A stretch of DNA of 64,000 nucleotides from NCBI GenBank assembly GCA_951406725.2, contig OX597824.1:72726001-72790000 (forward strand). Direction: 5' to 3'. The notes beneath the pieces are model-generated. The model searched no databases and was not told the origin of the DNA. It saw only the letters and a list, made by a program, of their open reading frames with translations. This stretch comes from Octopus vulgaris. Its lineage: Eukaryota. Below, piece by piece: positions 62,573-64,000 of the stretch; within the stretch, counting starts at the first letter, position 1; each line of letters starts with the position of its first letter. Both the position numbers and the translations under genes were made by a program.

Positions 62573-63164
62573 TATATATATATATATAATGAAGTAAAAG
62601 GATTTCCGTCCTCATCTGTTTTATAAATATATACATATATATACATACATGTGTATCATGGTGCTGTTTTTCTCACAGGTGGTACCCAACTGACCTTACT
62701 ATAATATGTAGTCAAGAAAACCAAAGTAAACAATGTGTCATGCGTGAAATTAAAACTATAAAATGGTGACAATCTACCCATCACACCCTGTATGTATACA
62801 TGTTTATGTATGTGAAAGGGTGTAGCTTTGTACTTAAAGTATTCAGTTCAGTTTTATAAGGTCACGAGTTTGACACCTGGCAGCATTTAGTGTTCTTGAG
62901 TAAGATATTTTATTTCCTGTTGCTACTGTTCATTCACCTGGCAAAAATGAATCGTGCCTGTATTTCAAAGGGCTGGCCATGTTACATCAAGCATACCTGT
63001 GCAGATTTACATTGAATCTCCCCAAGAACTATCTTAAGGGTGTATATGAGTCAGGTGATTGCATGTTAATTTCATGAGCAGGCTGTTCCATTGATTATAT
63101 CAACTGGAACACTCATTGTTGTAACTGATGGATTGTCACTTATGTATGTGTATATGTGTATATG

Positions 63165-63207
<43 letters not shown>

Positions 63208-63225
63208 TTATGTATGTGTGTGTGT

Positions 63226-63441
63226 ATACTCTCTCTTTTACTTGTTTCAGTCATTTGACTGTGGCCATGCTGGAGCACCGCCTTTTAGTCGAGCAAATCG
63301 ACCCCAGGACTTATTCTTTGTAAGCCTAGTACTTATTCTATCAGTCCCTTTTGCCGAACCATTAAGTTACGGAGACGTAAACACACCAGCATCGGTTGTC
63401 AAACGATGTTGGGAGGGACAAACACACACACACAAACATAT

Positions 63442-63502
<61 letters not shown>

Positions 63503-63638
63503 TATGACGGGCTTCTTTCAGTTTCCATCTACCAAATCCACTCACAAGGCTTTGGCTGGCTCGAGGCTACAGTAGAAGACACTTGCCCAAGGTGCCACAC
63601 AGTGGGACTGAACCCGGAACCACACAGCCACTCCTACG
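63226..63638 (-). mobile_element. SINE family A
   Basis: Family match with a short deletion in the head. Confidence 0.88.
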
Positions 63639-64000
63639 TTTAGATGTATATGTTTCTGAGTGCATGTGTGTGAGTTGTTCTATTATTGATAGGATAAATG
63701 AAAAAGTACTCCAGCTGGTGAGTGATAAATGTTCTTTTAGTATACTAATAACTAAAAATAAGCTATTACTTTGGATGCTGTGAATACACAATAAACTGGC
63801 AAATATATATTGTGATTTGTGCTTCCAAGCAATCCTGCATGCTCAAATACACAACATGGCTGGTCTCATTTGAAAAAATGAGAGATGACACTGATCTCTG
63901 AGAGAATATAGGAAATAATTAGAGGAGGGTGAAGGCCAAATGGAACAAAAATAAACAAAAAATGGACTGGTAAAAGGGAGAAAAAAAAGAAACCAAAATT

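Noticed and set aside
62639-62712. Acceptor ttttctcacag| as SRD5A exon 2
   Set aside because: The downstream sequence does not encode the expected continuation (approximately xxIYPxLxRGxKP) and stops quickly.

Overview
Eukaryotic, AT-rich, repeat-dense animal DNA. The SINE repertoire, long (TA)n/(CA)n/(TATG)n tracts and the gene present suggest an octopus (coleoid cephalopod) genome; this is an inference. Two host protein-coding signals are credible: the first coding exon of a steroid 5-alpha-reductase (SRD5A1/2-like, 52085-52377, +, followed by an intron that appears to run past the window end) and an intronless 99-aa ORF of unknown function (19584-19883, +). Most other ORFs in the track are microsatellite or SINE artefacts. 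The rest is a layered record of decayed mobile DNA: two Tc1 elements, two hAT transposons (one with intact TIRs, an 8-bp TSD and doubly nested SINEs), piggyBac-type and hAT-type MITEs, two non-autonomous Helitrons, a Ty3/Gypsy element with one LTR, HERO-like and CRE-like RLE retrotransposons, RTE and CR1 LINE fragments, a Penelope-type remnant with a hammerhead motif, and many copies of about four SINE-like families. The least explained signals are: several near-perfect long palindromes (110-136 bp arms); a pre-miRNA-like hairpin at about 10.15 kb in a SINE-free zone; tiny TIR elements enclosing telomeric (CCCTAA)n repeats; a promoter-like island at about 14.5 kb; and candidate minus-strand spliced exons at 25-28 kb. 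All coordinates were read by eye and no database search or folding calculation was run.
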